Assembly (NCBI GenBank): GCA_038153405.1
Contig: JAYOYH010000012.1
Span: 32,001 to 96,000, forward strand
DNA length: 64,000 nucleotides
Source of the DNA: Gemmatimonadota bacterium
GTDB lineage: Bacteria > Latescibacterota > UBA2968 > UBA8231
Reading direction: 5' to 3'
The translations under genes were made by a program, and so were the position numbers. The notes under the pieces are model-generated. The model saw only the letters and a program-made list of their open reading frames with translations, searched no databases and was not told where the DNA came from. Below, piece by piece: positions 20,638 through 30,933 of this stretch. Within the stretch, counting starts at the first letter, position 1; every line of letters starts with the position of its first letter.

Positions 20638-21954
20638 TCACGAAGCGGCACCGACAGCCGCCTCTTCTTTTTTGCGCTGCGCGCTCAGTTCAGCTAAACT
20701 GCCCAAATTGCGCAGCGAGGGAAATAGGCCACTCCATGCCAGCACGACCACGAGCGTGCCGATGCCGCCGCTGACGACGGAAACTACCGGATTGTAAAGC
20801 TGGGCGACAAGCCCCGACTCAAAGCCGCCGATCTCGTTGGAAGAGCCGATGAAAATCGAATTGACAGCTGAGACGCGACCGCGCATGTGGTTGGGCGTGC
20901 TCATCTGCGATACGACATGGCGCACGACCATGCTGACGTTGTCGAACGCGCCGGTCAACGCCAGCATCAACATTGAAAGCCAGAAGTTCTGTGATAGGCC
21001 GAAGACGATGGTCGCCGCACCAAAGCCCGCCACGCAGAACAGCAGCGTGCGCCCCGCCCGCCGCATCGGTGGCAGATGCGCCATCAGCAGGGCCATCACA
21101 CAGGCACCGGCGGCCGGCGCTGCGCGCAGCCAGCCCAGCGCCTCTTCGGGCTCAAGACCGACGGGCGCTAGATCGACAATTTCGCGCGCGAAGATGGGCA
21201 GCAGATAAACGGCTCCGCCCAGCAGCACGGCGAATAGGTCGAGCGAACTGGCGCCAAGCAGGATTTTTTTGTTCCAGACAAAGCGCAGCCCCTCGGCTAC
21301 CTGCTCGAACATGCGTCCGCGTGCGCTGCGCGTGGACGCCGGAAGCTGCATGCCAAAGAGAAAGACGATAAAGGCCAGCGAGGAAATCGCGCTCAGCACA
21401 TAGGCCGCTTGAATATTGTAGGCAATGATAAAACCGCCGATAGCCGGGCCGCCGATGCCGGTGATTTGCTGCAGGCTCGTGCGCCATTTAACGGCGTTTT
21501 CGAATTCCTCTTCCGGCACGAGCAGCGGCATGATGGCCGTGCGCGCCGGCGCGCCCATGCGCAGCATCGTCGCGTCGAGAAAGAGCAGCGCATACATCCA
21601 GTGCACCGACAGCTCATGGTAGCTAAAAGCCGCAAGACCCAGCGACGTGAGCGTGGCGCCGGCCAGACTCAGCATCATCAGCTTGCGGCGATCGTAGACG
21701 TCGGCCAAATAGCCAGCCGGCAGCGTAAAAATCAGCATGGGAATGGCCTGGACGAGTCCGACCAGCCCGAGCGAAATAGCTTCGCCCGTTCGGTCGTATA
21801 CTTCCCAGCCAATGGCCAGACCCTGCGCCGCCGTCCCCATGCTGACCAGCGAAGACGCGACGAGATAATTGCGAAACAGCGCTATGCGCAGCGCGCTATA
21901 CGGATCGTGTTTTTCGCTCAATGCACCTCCGCCCACTGGCGTGCGATGCCGCAC
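20638..21954 (-). CDS. MFS transporter (EntS/DHA3-like)
   Basis: About 12 hydrophobic segments, AGYLADVYDRRKL motif A, MRGRVSAVNSIFIGSSNEIGGFESG. Alternative TTG start at 21921. Confidence 0.88.
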   Translation of the reverse strand: MRHRTPVGGGALSEKHDPYSALRIALFRNYLVASSLVSMGTAAQGLAIGWEVYDRTGEAISLGLVGLVQAIPMLIFTLPAGYLADVYDRRKLMMLSLAGATLTSLGLAAFSYHELSVHWMYALLFLDATMLRMGAPARTAIMPLLVPEEEFENAVKWRTSLQQITGIGGPAIGGFIIAYNIQAAYVLSAISSLAFIVFLFGMQLPASTRSARGRMFEQVAEGLRFVWNKKILLGASSLDLFAVLLGGAVYLLPIFAREIVDLAPVGLEPEEALGWLRAAPAAGACVMALLMAHLPPMRRAGRTLLFCVAGFGAATIVFGLSQNFWLSMLMLALTGAFDNVSMVVRHVVSQMSTPNHMRGRVSAVNSIFIGSSNEIGGFESGLVAQLYNPVVSVVSGGIGTLVVVLAWSGLFPSLRNLGSLAELSAQRKKEEAAVGAAS

Positions 21955-22113
21955 GCAGTATCTCCTATACCTTCTCTAAAATGCTTCTGAACAAACAGCG
22001 GCAGAATATAATCGCGCCGACCACTCTCTACAATTCCATCGGCTTGGCCGACGGTGCGATTTATGCGATACTATGCAACGAGTTAAACCAGCTATTGATC
22101 GCGGGGATACGAT

Positions 22114-23007
22114 ATGCCCATTCGCTTTGTCCTGCTAACGGACAGTCACTACCACCCTCGGGCCGAAAAGGACTACGGTGCACCCAAGATGTTGACGCGC
22201 AGTCGCGAAGTGCTCGATGCCGTTCCCGACGCGGTCAACGCGCTCGACCCCGACTTTGTCGTGCACGCTGGCGACCTGCTTTGTGGGGGATCTTCCTTTG
22301 ACCTGCCTACCGCGCTGTACGAGCGCTCCGTCGACGAAGTGGCTGACGTATTCGCTTCCATCAAAGCACCTCTGTACTGCGTGCCTGGCAACCACGACTG
22401 CGACGCGCAGAGCGGTTCAATGGACGGCTTTGCACGCCGCTTTCACCTGCCCAATCCGCTCACGACAGTGGACGCCGGGCCGCGCCTGCGCCTAGCGCTG
22501 GCCAATGTATACCACGCCTGTAACGGCGTCGACGAAGGGTGCGGCATTTGGACCGATGCGCTCGATGCGCACCTGCGCTCCGCTGCGCTACGGGCCGAGC
22601 GCGACCGCTGCGCGCTCCTGCTCGTCTTGCATACTTGGGTGCTGTCCGATCACACGCCGGGCAGGGGCGTGGTCAACAACGTCGAAAAACTCGTCGATAC
22701 GCTGACCACTCACCCGGCCATCGCCGCCGTCTTTACCGGCCATCGCCACCTCAACCGCATACGCATGTACCGCGACGTGCTCGTCGTCGACACCGCTTGC
22801 TTAGTCGGTTTCCCGCTCGGCTTCCGCCTGATTGAGCTAACAGACGATGGGCTGTTGAAGACCCGCTTCCACGCGCTGCCCCTGCCCGAACTGAGCGCGG
22901 CTTCCTACGCGCGCTCGGCCGAGTGGGAAAACGAGCGCTGGCAGGGCGAAATTCACGATCGCGACACCGAAGTGCTGCTGCCGCGCCTGCGCCATAGCTG
23001 GTCTTAG
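22114..23007 (+). CDS. Calcineurin-like metallophosphoesterase (CpdA/Icc-like)
   Basis: DSH, GDL, PGNHD and GHRH metal-binding motifs. Confidence 0.85.
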   Translation: MPIRFVLLTDSHYHPRAEKDYGAPKMLTRSREVLDAVPDAVNALDPDFVVHAGDLLCGGSSFDLPTALYERSVDEVADVFASIKAPLYCVPGNHDCDAQSGSMDGFARRFHLPNPLTTVDAGPRLRLALANVYHACNGVDEGCGIWTDALDAHLRSAALRAERDRCALLLVLHTWVLSDHTPGRGVVNNVEKLVDTLTTHPAIAAVFTGHRHLNRIRMYRDVLVVDTACLVGFPLGFRLIELTDDGLLKTRFHALPLPELSAASYARSAEWENERWQGEIHDRDTEVLLPRLRHSWS

Positions 23008-23022
23008 ACAGCGAGGTCTTCC

Positions 23023-24120
23023 GTGCAACTACGCGAACAGAAAATGCCCGGCGGCTGGGCCGTCGACCTCTTTTGCGACGGGCGCTCCATTTCGCGCCTG
23101 TGGATTGCCGATCGTCAGATGCGGATTGGATCGTGCACCGTTAAAATAGGAGGCATTGCCGGCGTCGGCACCGATGCCCAGTACCGCAAACAGGGTCTGG
23201 CCAGCCGCGTGCTCAACGCCGCTGTCGAGCTAATGGGACGCGAGGACTACGACGCCTCTTTTCTCTACGGCATCGCCGATTTTTACCACCGCTTTGGCTT
23301 TGTAACGTGCATGCCGCAGCACAGTCTAGAATTGGATACGCGAAGCGCCGAACGCGCCGAAGACCGTTTGAAGATGCGGCCTGTCCACAAGGCCGATTAC
23401 GCTACCATAGCCCGCATATACAACCGCGACAGCGCCGAGCGCACGGCCAGTTGCACGCGCGACGTGCGCCGTTGGCGCGGCTTTCCCATGGGATCGGGCT
23501 TTGGCGTGCCCTGCACGACCCGCGTCGTTGTCGACGGGCGCAGCCGAGTTATCGGCTACGTGCTCTACGACGACATAGACACGCACTGCCGCGTCGCCGA
23601 AGTGGGCGGTCGGGGCGAAGCCGTATTTCACGCACTCCTGCGCGATATGGCGCGCCGCGCCGTCGCGCTGCGCCGCGGCAGTTTTTCGCTAAGCCTGCCA
23701 CCCGACCACCCCTTTGCCCTATTCTGCCGCAGCTACGGCTGCACGGCGCACACGGCCTACGAACGCAGCGCCGGCCCCATGGGACGCCTTATCAATTTGC
23801 ATTCCTGCATGGAAAAAGTGTGCTCTGTGCTGGCGCTTCGCTGGGGTCCCGCCGACCGCCAACAACCGCTCGCCGTGCGCACGGATATAGGAGATTTTTC
23901 GCTGGGTTGGCGCGACAACCAGCTGCGCGTCGACCACGAACAAATGCGGGGCGCCGTCCGCCTCGACCAGACCGCGCTTACTCAGCTACTGCTCGGCTAT
24001 GCTACGCCGAGCCATCTCAAGGCCGCTGGCCAACTGGCGTGCAGTAAGGCGCAGCTCGCTCTATTGGAGCGCCTGTTTCCGCTGCAACAGGCCCATATGT
24101 CCTGGCCCGACCGCTTTTAA
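23023..24120 (+). CDS. Eis-like GNAT N-acetyltransferase with C-terminal SCP2-like domain
   Basis: GGIAGVGTDAQYRKQGLAS and FYHRFGF motifs. C-terminal LTQLLLGY...LERLFP...DRF. Confidence 0.8.
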   Translation: MQLREQKMPGGWAVDLFCDGRSISRLWIADRQMRIGSCTVKIGGIAGVGTDAQYRKQGLASRVLNAAVELMGREDYDASFLYGIADFYHRFGFVTCMPQHSLELDTRSAERAEDRLKMRPVHKADYATIARIYNRDSAERTASCTRDVRRWRGFPMGSGFGVPCTTRVVVDGRSRVIGYVLYDDIDTHCRVAEVGGRGEAVFHALLRDMARRAVALRRGSFSLSLPPDHPFALFCRSYGCTAHTAYERSAGPMGRLINLHSCMEKVCSVLALRWGPADRQQPLAVRTDIGDFSLGWRDNQLRVDHEQMRGAVRLDQTALTQLLLGYATPSHLKAAGQLACSKAQLALLERLFPLQQAHMSWPDRF

Positions 24121-24134
24121 AAGGGAGACCAACT

Positions 24135-25595
24135 ATGCGCATTCTGCTAGCGGCTTTCAAGCAAGAAACCGCTACCTTTAACCCAGCTTGTTCGACGCGA
24201 GAGCATTTCACCGTAGCGCGCGGCGACGATATCCTGGCGCTAAAGAACACGCGCAGCGAAATCGGCGGCGCCCTGACGGTCTTTGCCGAGATGAGTGTCG
24301 AAATCGTACCGACCTACGCGGCGTGGGCCGTGTCTGGCGGTCCGGTAGACGACGGCGAGTTGGACGGCATGATCGACGAGATGCTCGCCTCCGTCCGCGC
24401 GCATAGAAACGTCGACGGCGCGCTCATTATCTTCCACGGCGCCATGGCCGGCCAGACGGAAATGGATCCCGAAGGGCGCGTCCTAACAGCGGCGCGCGAG
24501 ATACTCGGGGATATACCCATCGTCACCACCTTCGATCTGCACGGCGTTATTACCGACCGACTCGTCGAGCACTCGGACGCCATCGTGCCCTTTCACACCT
24601 ATCCGCACGTCGATCAGTACGAAACTGGCCAGCGCGGAGCCCGCTGTTTGCTCAGGTTGCTCACCACGACAGCCAAGCCCGTTATTGCGCGCATTAAACT
24701 GCCCATGCTCGTGCGCGGCGACGAACTCATTACCGCAACCGGGCGCTTTGGCCAGGCCATTGGCCTGTGCCAGAAAATCGAACGATCTGAAAGGGGACTA
24801 GCGGCCGGCGTCTTTATCGGGAATCCCTTTACCGACGTGCCCGACCTGCGCTCTAACGTCGTTATTACCGCCGACGGCGACGCGGAATGGGCGCAGCAAA
24901 GGGCCGTGGAAATCGCCCGCTTTATGTGGGATAATAGAGCGCATTTCGTCGCTCCGCTGACCCCGCTGGACGAGGCCATTGGCCTAGCCGAGAGCACGGA
25001 TGGGCTCACGGTATTCTCGGACGCGGCCGACGCCACGTCTTCGGGCGCCTCAGGCGATAGCAACGCGGCGCTGCGGGGCCTGATTGCGCACGGCTACTCG
25101 GGAACGGCTCTGCTGCCTTTGGTTGACGCACCGGCGGCCCGAGCGGCCTTTGCAGCCGGCGTGGGCAAGAGCATCCGCGTGGCGCTGGGCGGCAGCGTTG
25201 ACCGGCAGCGACACGAGCCCATCGAGTGCGAGGCCTACGTAAAAGCGCTCGGAGACGGCCACTTCCTCTACAGCGACGGCCTGCCCGGCCACGCCGGTCC
25301 CACCGCCGTGCTCTGCGTCGGACGCTACACCTTGATGGTGACGACGCTGCCCGTCAACATTATGGATCGCCACGTCTTCATGGCCTGTGGCCTGCTGCCG
25401 GAGCACTTTGATCTGGTGGTGTGCAAATCGCCCAACGGCTTCCGACCGCACTACGAGCACATCGCCCGCCGCATCGTCGCCGTAGACCTGCCCGGCTCGA
25501 CCAGTGCCAACCTGCGCTCACTGCCCTTTGCTCGCTGCCCGCGTCCCATCTTCCCGCTGGACGAGGACGTCGCCGCCCCGGACGAATTGGCTTAG
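24135..25595 (+). CDS. M81 metallopeptidase (MlrC family)
   Basis: QETATF, HGAM, DLHG, TYPHVD and VVCKS motifs. Confidence 0.87.
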   Translation: MRILLAAFKQETATFNPACSTREHFTVARGDDILALKNTRSEIGGALTVFAEMSVEIVPTYAAWAVSGGPVDDGELDGMIDEMLASVRAHRNVDGALIIFHGAMAGQTEMDPEGRVLTAAREILGDIPIVTTFDLHGVITDRLVEHSDAIVPFHTYPHVDQYETGQRGARCLLRLLTTTAKPVIARIKLPMLVRGDELITATGRFGQAIGLCQKIERSERGLAAGVFIGNPFTDVPDLRSNVVITADGDAEWAQQRAVEIARFMWDNRAHFVAPLTPLDEAIGLAESTDGLTVFSDAADATSSGASGDSNAALRGLIAHGYSGTALLPLVDAPAARAAFAAGVGKSIRVALGGSVDRQRHEPIECEAYVKALGDGHFLYSDGLPGHAGPTAVLCVGRYTLMVTTLPVNIMDRHVFMACGLLPEHFDLVVCKSPNGFRPHYEHIARRIVAVDLPGSTSANLRSLPFARCPRPIFPLDEDVAAPDELA

Positions 25596-26350
25596 TCGAC
25601 CGACGCCGTCACTTCGCCGATCCAGCGCAGGCACTCGGCACCCCAGTCAAACGGCGCACCGAGCCCAAGCCCGTGTCGCCCGCGCGCGTAGAGATGCAGT
25701 TCAAAGGGCACGCCGCGGTCGCGCAGCGCCGAGGCAAAGAGCATGCTGTTTTCCAGCGGCACGCCGACGTCTTCGCCGGTGTGCCACAAAAAACACGGCG
25801 GCGTTGCAGCCGTAACGCCGCGCTCGGTGGACAGTTCGTCGAGTAGCCCTGGCGCAGGCGTCTCGCCCGCCAAATTGCGCATCGAGCCGGCGTGTGCAAA
25901 GGGCCCCTGCGACGTGATGACCGGATAGCACAAGACGCCAAAGTCGGGGCGCAGCGACACCGCGCTCTCGTAGGTATCCCAAGCGACCAGCGCGTGCGAG
26001 GCCAGATGGCCACCGGCCGACGAGCCCATAATGCCGATGCGCTGCGGATCGAGGCCGAATTCGCCGGCTCGAGCGCGCACGGCACAGATGGCCGACAGCG
26101 CGTCTTCGAGCATGGCCGGATGGCGAAAGCCGTCCGTGCCCAGGCGATACGTCACCACAAAGCCGGCAATACCCGCCGCCGAAAAATACTCCGCATAGCC
26201 TCGTCCCTCGTGCTCGGCCAGCGCGCCGTAGCCGCCGCCGGGTAGAATGATCAAGCCCGCACCCGTGCTGTCTCCTTGCGGCAGCCAGCACTCGATGCGC
26301 GGCGAGGGGGCCGTAGTTCCGCCCTGCAATTCGCCTCTGATCTCGTCCAT
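25592..26350 (-). CDS. Alpha/beta hydrolase (acetyl/feruloyl-esterase-like)
   Basis: PGGGY oxyanion motif, GSSAGGH nucleophile elbow, D in TGEDVGV, H in GRHGLGL. Confidence 0.85.
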   Translation of the reverse strand: MDEIRGELQGGTTAPSPRIECWLPQGDSTGAGLIILPGGGYGALAEHEGRGYAEYFSAAGIAGFVVTYRLGTDGFRHPAMLEDALSAICAVRARAGEFGLDPQRIGIMGSSAGGHLASHALVAWDTYESAVSLRPDFGVLCYPVITSQGPFAHAGSMRNLAGETPAPGLLDELSTERGVTAATPPCFLWHTGEDVGVPLENSMLFASALRDRGVPFELHLYARGRHGLGLGAPFDWGAECLRWIGEVTASVD

Positions 26351-26416
26351 AATACCGTTCTCCCATGGGACAATGTGTAGTTTTCTACAAAGTTCCAACC
26401 AACGCCGGTTTCGCGC

Positions 26417-28042
26417 CTAGCGATTCGGTCGCACGACTTGTCCGGGGGTCGCCCCCGTGTGCTCTCCGTCGCGCACCACCCGCACCCCGTTGACCCACAC
26501 GTCCTGCACGCCCACCGAAAGCTGGTGTGGGTCTTCAAAGGTCGCCCGGTCGCCTATGGTCGCTTCGTCAAAGACCACGACGTCGGCCTGCAGGCCGCGC
26601 ACCAACAGACCGCGATCGCCCAGCGACAGGCGCGTGGCCACGGCGCCGCTCATTTTATGCACGGCCTCTTCTAAGGACAGTATCTTTTCTTCGCGCACAT
26701 ACTTGCCGAGCACGCGCGGATAGGTGCCGTAGCCACGCGGGTGCACCGGACCATAAGCCTTGGCCCACGTCGGATCGTGGCCGCCAGCATCGGTCGACAC
26801 TTTAATCCAAGGCAGGCCCAGTTGCAGGGCAACATTTTCTTCGCTCATTGAAAAGTAGATGGTGCTGATGCGCTGACGCTCGCTCAGCAGCAGGTCGCAC
26901 ACCGCATCAAACCAATCCTGGCCGCGTTCCCGCGCAATGTCCGAAAGGCGACGCCCCACGTAGGGCTTATTCTCTTCCTTCTGAAAGCCGATCGGCATCA
27001 CGCCCTCCTGCCCATGCTGGTCGACCATGGCCTCCCAGCGCCCACCCGGCTGCATGGACTCGGCTTTGATTTCGGCGCGCTTGGCCGCATTTTCGAGGTT
27101 CTCAAAGAGCTTGCCTTCGGCCGCCGCCCACGGCGGCAGCACCGACGAAAGCCCGGTACCCGAAGCGGGATAAGGATACATATCGGCTGTCACGTCGAGC
27201 CCGCCGGCGCGCGCCGCATCGATCTTTTCAATGACCTGCTGCATCGCGCCCCAGTTGCGCCGACCAGCCGCCTTCAGGTGATAGATCTCCACCGGCAGGC
27301 CGCTGTCGCGACCGATGCGCAGCGCTTCGTCTACCGCTTCGAGAAGCGCGTCGCCCTCCGAGCGAATATGGGTTATGTACAGGCCGCCATAGCGCGCGGC
27401 TTCCTTGCACACCTCCACGATTTCCTCGGTCTCGGCATAGGCATCCGGCGGGTAGATTAGCGCATAGGACGGCCCGAAGGATCCGTCTTCCATCGCCTCG
27501 GCCATCACCCGGCGCATCAGCACCCGTTCGTCGGCCGTCGGTGCACGCATTTCCAGTCCCATCGCATATTCGCGCAGCGTGCCCGCCCCTAGGAAGGAGC
27601 CCACATTGGGCGACACGCCCGTCTCGACCATGGCCGCCAGCCAATCGCCAAAGCGGTGCCATTGGCCCGCCCGTTCGACCCACTCAGCCAGGCGCTCCCC
27701 GTATATACCCATGCTCAGCGCCTGTTCAATGCGTCCGCCAAACGGGGCCGGCGTCCACGCCTCGCCCATAATTTCGGTGGTGACGCCCTGCGTAATTTTC
27801 GACAGACAGCGGCCGTCGAGCATCAGCGGTACGATCGAATGGCTCTGGATATCGATAAAGCCCGGACACACCACTCGACCCCGCGCATCGACGACCTCTG
27901 ACGCATCGCCGTCGGCCAGCACGTCGGGCGCCGTGATGTCTGCAATGCGCTCGCCGCGCAAACCGATATCGCCATAGCGCCACGGACCGCCCGTGCCGTC
28001 GACGACCTTGCCGTTGCGAATCAACACGTCTAGTGCAGCCAT
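26417..28042 (-). CDS. N-acyl-D-amino-acid deacylase (D-aminoacylase) family amidohydrolase
   Basis: VVDGTG, PGFIDIQSHS, THIRSE, HPRGYGTYPRVLG and ADVVVFD motifs. Confidence 0.88.
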   Translation of the reverse strand: MAALDVLIRNGKVVDGTGGPWRYGDIGLRGERIADITAPDVLADGDASEVVDARGRVVCPGFIDIQSHSIVPLMLDGRCLSKITQGVTTEIMGEAWTPAPFGGRIEQALSMGIYGERLAEWVERAGQWHRFGDWLAAMVETGVSPNVGSFLGAGTLREYAMGLEMRAPTADERVLMRRVMAEAMEDGSFGPSYALIYPPDAYAETEEIVEVCKEAARYGGLYITHIRSEGDALLEAVDEALRIGRDSGLPVEIYHLKAAGRRNWGAMQQVIEKIDAARAGGLDVTADMYPYPASGTGLSSVLPPWAAAEGKLFENLENAAKRAEIKAESMQPGGRWEAMVDQHGQEGVMPIGFQKEENKPYVGRRLSDIARERGQDWFDAVCDLLLSERQRISTIYFSMSEENVALQLGLPWIKVSTDAGGHDPTWAKAYGPVHPRGYGTYPRVLGKYVREEKILSLEEAVHKMSGAVATRLSLGDRGLLVRGLQADVVVFDEATIGDRATFEDPHQLSVGVQDVWVNGVRVVRDGEHTGATPGQVVRPNR

Positions 28043-28067
28043 CGCACGCTCCTATTGTGCAATGCGA

Positions 28068-29822
28068 TCAGCCCTGCACAGGCCGCAAATTGAGCAGCAC
28101 CAGCAGCCAGCCGCGATGCCAGTAGGCACTGTTGATATAGGGGTTTTCCTCCGTCGGCCAATTTGTCCAATAGGTCTCGTTGTGCGGAATGCGATGGTAC
28201 CACTGTACAAGAGGAATAGACGGCAGCTGGTCCAGCCAGATCTGCATTGCCTCGCGGTAGAGTTGCATCAGCCGAGGATCGCCCGGCGCCACTTCGGCCA
28301 TCTGGTCGACGACGCGATCAAAGTCTCTGTTGGGCCAGCGCCAAAAATACTCGGCCGAGGTGCCCGTCGGCTGCACAAAGCGGCTGTGGTAGAGGCGCAG
28401 CGTAAAGTAGGGATCGCGCACCGAACCGCCGTGGCCGTTTATGAAAGCGCGTGCCTCGCCCTGCGCCATGCGCGAATAGGCGTCCGAGGTCATGCGAAAA
28501 TCGGCATCGAAGCCGGCGCGCTCCAGCTGTGCAACCAGCACCGGCGCCAAATCATTGAATATGGGAAAGATGTCGATAATAATGCGAAAGGGGCGGCCGT
28601 CTTTTTGCCAGTAGCCGTCCTCGCCCCGCTTCCATCCCTTAGCGCGCATAATTTCGGCGCTCTTGTCGACGTCAAAGATGCCCACCTTGCTCGCTTGCAG
28701 CAGGTCTTCTACGGCCCTGAAGTAGGGCCTGAGCGCAGGATAGTCGGGAAAGGGCAACAGCGTTGGTTTGCCGGCGCCCTGCCAGCCTATTTCCACCAGC
28801 TGGTCCCGATCGATCGCGTAGTTTATCGCGCGGCGCAGATCGGGATCGTCAAAAGGTGGTTCCAGCGTATTAAAGCCGAGCGAGATCGGCCAGAAGTCGA
28901 CGTATCCCATCGGCGATTGGCGCCCCGTCCACGTGCTGACGCGCGCGTTGCGGTCGACGATTGTCTGAATGTTGGGCGGTCGCAGGTCTAAGCTCGTATC
29001 CATCGCGTTGGCGATGAGGTTCTGCACGCGCTTGGCCTCCTCCATATAGGGTAGGTAGATAACGCGCTCCACCTGCGGCTTTTTGGCCAAGCCCACGTTC
29101 TCACCCCACCAATTGTCGCGCACGTCCCAGATGCGCTGCTGCGGCGAGGATAGGACCATGGTATAGGGCCCCGACACGACGGGCCAACCGTTTTGCAGGT
29201 CAAAATTTTCAAACGTATTGGGATCTTTGCCCTCCCATATATGGCGCGGCACGATTGGCACGCCAATGCCGAACGTTGCCGTCAAGTAGGAAAACGCAAA
29301 GCGCGGGTTGGGCGCCGTCAGCTCGATGCGGGCCGTCAGCGAATCGACGGCTACCGCCGTTTTTACCCAGTTGGCCATATCCGTCGAATAGGTCAGCGAG
29401 GGGGCATTGTCCTTGAGCATATTGACAGTGAAGACCACGTCATGCGCCGTCCATGGCATGCCGTCGCTCCACTCAACGCCTTCGCGAATATGGACGACCA
29501 GCTCCGTATAGTCGTCGTTGAACTCGTGTCCGGTGGCAATCCAGGGAATGACCTCATCCTTGAACGCGTTGTAGTAGTAAAGCGGCTCATAGAGAAAGTT
29601 ATATCCCGTGCGCGAAGTCGTACCGGGCAAGAAGGGATTAAAGGAATTGTAGTCTTGGATTTGACCGCCGCAAATATTGCTCTCGGCGCAATCCATAATG
29701 AGCGTGCGATTGCGCGGCACGTTGGCCAAGCTAGCACCCGCCCCTCCGCTGCCGGCGGGCTGCTCACTGCAGCCAGCCCACAAAAAGACCACCCATGCGA
29801 GAATCGTGCATCGTTTTGCCAA
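28068..29822 (-). CDS. ABC transporter substrate-binding lipoprotein, family 5 (paralog 1, no adjacent permease)
   Basis: TTG 29822 follows ATAGGAG. Lipobox WAGC. IREGVEWSDGMPWTAHDVVFT family-5 signature. Confidence 0.88.
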   Translation of the reverse strand: MAKRCTILAWVVFLWAGCSEQPAGSGGAGASLANVPRNRTLIMDCAESNICGGQIQDYNSFNPFLPGTTSRTGYNFLYEPLYYYNAFKDEVIPWIATGHEFNDDYTELVVHIREGVEWSDGMPWTAHDVVFTVNMLKDNAPSLTYSTDMANWVKTAVAVDSLTARIELTAPNPRFAFSYLTATFGIGVPIVPRHIWEGKDPNTFENFDLQNGWPVVSGPYTMVLSSPQQRIWDVRDNWWGENVGLAKKPQVERVIYLPYMEEAKRVQNLIANAMDTSLDLRPPNIQTIVDRNARVSTWTGRQSPMGYVDFWPISLGFNTLEPPFDDPDLRRAINYAIDRDQLVEIGWQGAGKPTLLPFPDYPALRPYFRAVEDLLQASKVGIFDVDKSAEIMRAKGWKRGEDGYWQKDGRPFRIIIDIFPIFNDLAPVLVAQLERAGFDADFRMTSDAYSRMAQGEARAFINGHGGSVRDPYFTLRLYHSRFVQPTGTSAEYFWRWPNRDFDRVVDQMAEVAPGDPRLMQLYREAMQIWLDQLPSIPLVQWYHRIPHNETYWTNWPTEENPYINSAYWHRGWLLVLLNLRPVQG

Positions 29823-30007
29823 GAAGTGCGCTCCTATGCTAAGTGCCGGCAAAAATACTCGGCAATATTTCCGTACTCGTGAAGACGACAGCGCGCGCGC
29901 CGCGTCTATAGCTTCCGTATATATGGCTTCCATATATTATCTTGTAGCCGTCTCACAAGTAGTGCATTATACTACGCAAAAAACCACTCTTCGGGAAAGG
30001 ACACTCC

Positions 30008-30796
30008 ATGCGCTGTCAAGAAATAGACTATCATATATACGGCAACGACCTACAGGTGGTGGAGGTCGAACTCGACCCCGGCGAAACCGTCATTGCCGAA
30101 GCAGGGGCGATGAACTGGATGGACGACCGGATCAGCTTTGAGAGCAAAATGGGCGACGGCTCTAAGGCCGACGAGGGCTTTATGGGCAAGCTCCTCAGCG
30201 TCGGCAAGCGCGCGCTGACCGGCGAGTCGCTCTTTATGACTCATTTTACCAACGATGGACGCGACAAAAAGCGCGTCGCCTTTGCTGCACCCTATCCAGG
30301 ACATATCATTCCCATCGACATGGCGCACATCGGCGAGGAACTCATATGTCAGAAGGATTCTTTTCTCTGCGCGGCACTGGGCACTGAACTCAGCATCGCC
30401 TTTACCCGCCGACTCGGCAGCGGCTTTTTTGGTGGCGAGGGCTTTATCCTACAGCGACTGCGCGGCGATGGCATGGCCTTTGTGCACGCCGGTGGAACCG
30501 TCGTCAAGAAGGAGCTCAACAACGAACTACTCCGCGTCGATACGGGCTGTCTGGTCGCCTTTACGCCCGGCATTGACTACGATATCGAAATGACGCGCGG
30601 CCTCAAGTCGATGTTCTTTGGCGGCGAGGGGTTGTTCTTGGCCACCCTGCAGGGTACGGGCACCGTCTATCTGCAGAGCCTGCCTTTTTCGCGTCTGGCT
30701 GATCGCATTCTCGAGAATATGCCTTCGGCCGGAGGCAAGCAGCAGGGCGAAGGCTCCGTGCTGGGCGGTCTCGGCCGCATGATCGACGGCGACTAA
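30008..30796 (+). CDS. TIGR00266 / AIM24 family protein
   Basis: AEAGAM, TGESLF, FFGGEG twice, VDTGCLVAF and [10 protein letters not shown] motifs. Confidence 0.88.
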   Translation: MRCQEIDYHIYGNDLQVVEVELDPGETVIAEAGAMNWMDDRISFESKMGDGSKADEGFMGKLLSVGKRALTGESLFMTHFTNDGRDKKRVAFAAPYPGHIIPIDMAHIGEELICQKDSFLCAALGTELSIAFTRRLGSGFFGGEGFILQRLRGDGMAFVHAGGTVVKKELNNELLRVDTGCLVAFTPGIDYDIEMTRGLKSMFFGGEGLFLATLQGTGTVYLQSLPFSRLADRILENMPSAGGKQQGEGSVLGGLGRMIDGD

Positions 30797-30840
30797 CGAC
30801 CGTAAAGACGACTGCGCTGGTCAATAGAATCCGCTGTCGG

Positions 30841-30869
30841 TTGACACGGCGCCGCGTTGTGGCGAAAAT
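30841..30869 (+). promoter_or_regulatory. Candidate sigma70 promoter for the second D-aminoacylase
   Basis: Consensus TTGACA, then N17, then GAAAAT, about 65 nt before the ATG. Confidence 0.45.
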
Positions 30870-30933
30870 GTGCCCGCGCTGGGGCCCGATGCCCCAGCGC
30901 GCTATCGCACACTAACCTGCACGAGGCGCTCCT

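Noticed and set aside
27993..28991. 332-aa plus-strand ORF, and similar ORFs at 43325-44305 and 54476-55489
   Set aside because: Antisense to well-supported genes. Their mutual similarity only reflects the paralogous sense-strand genes.
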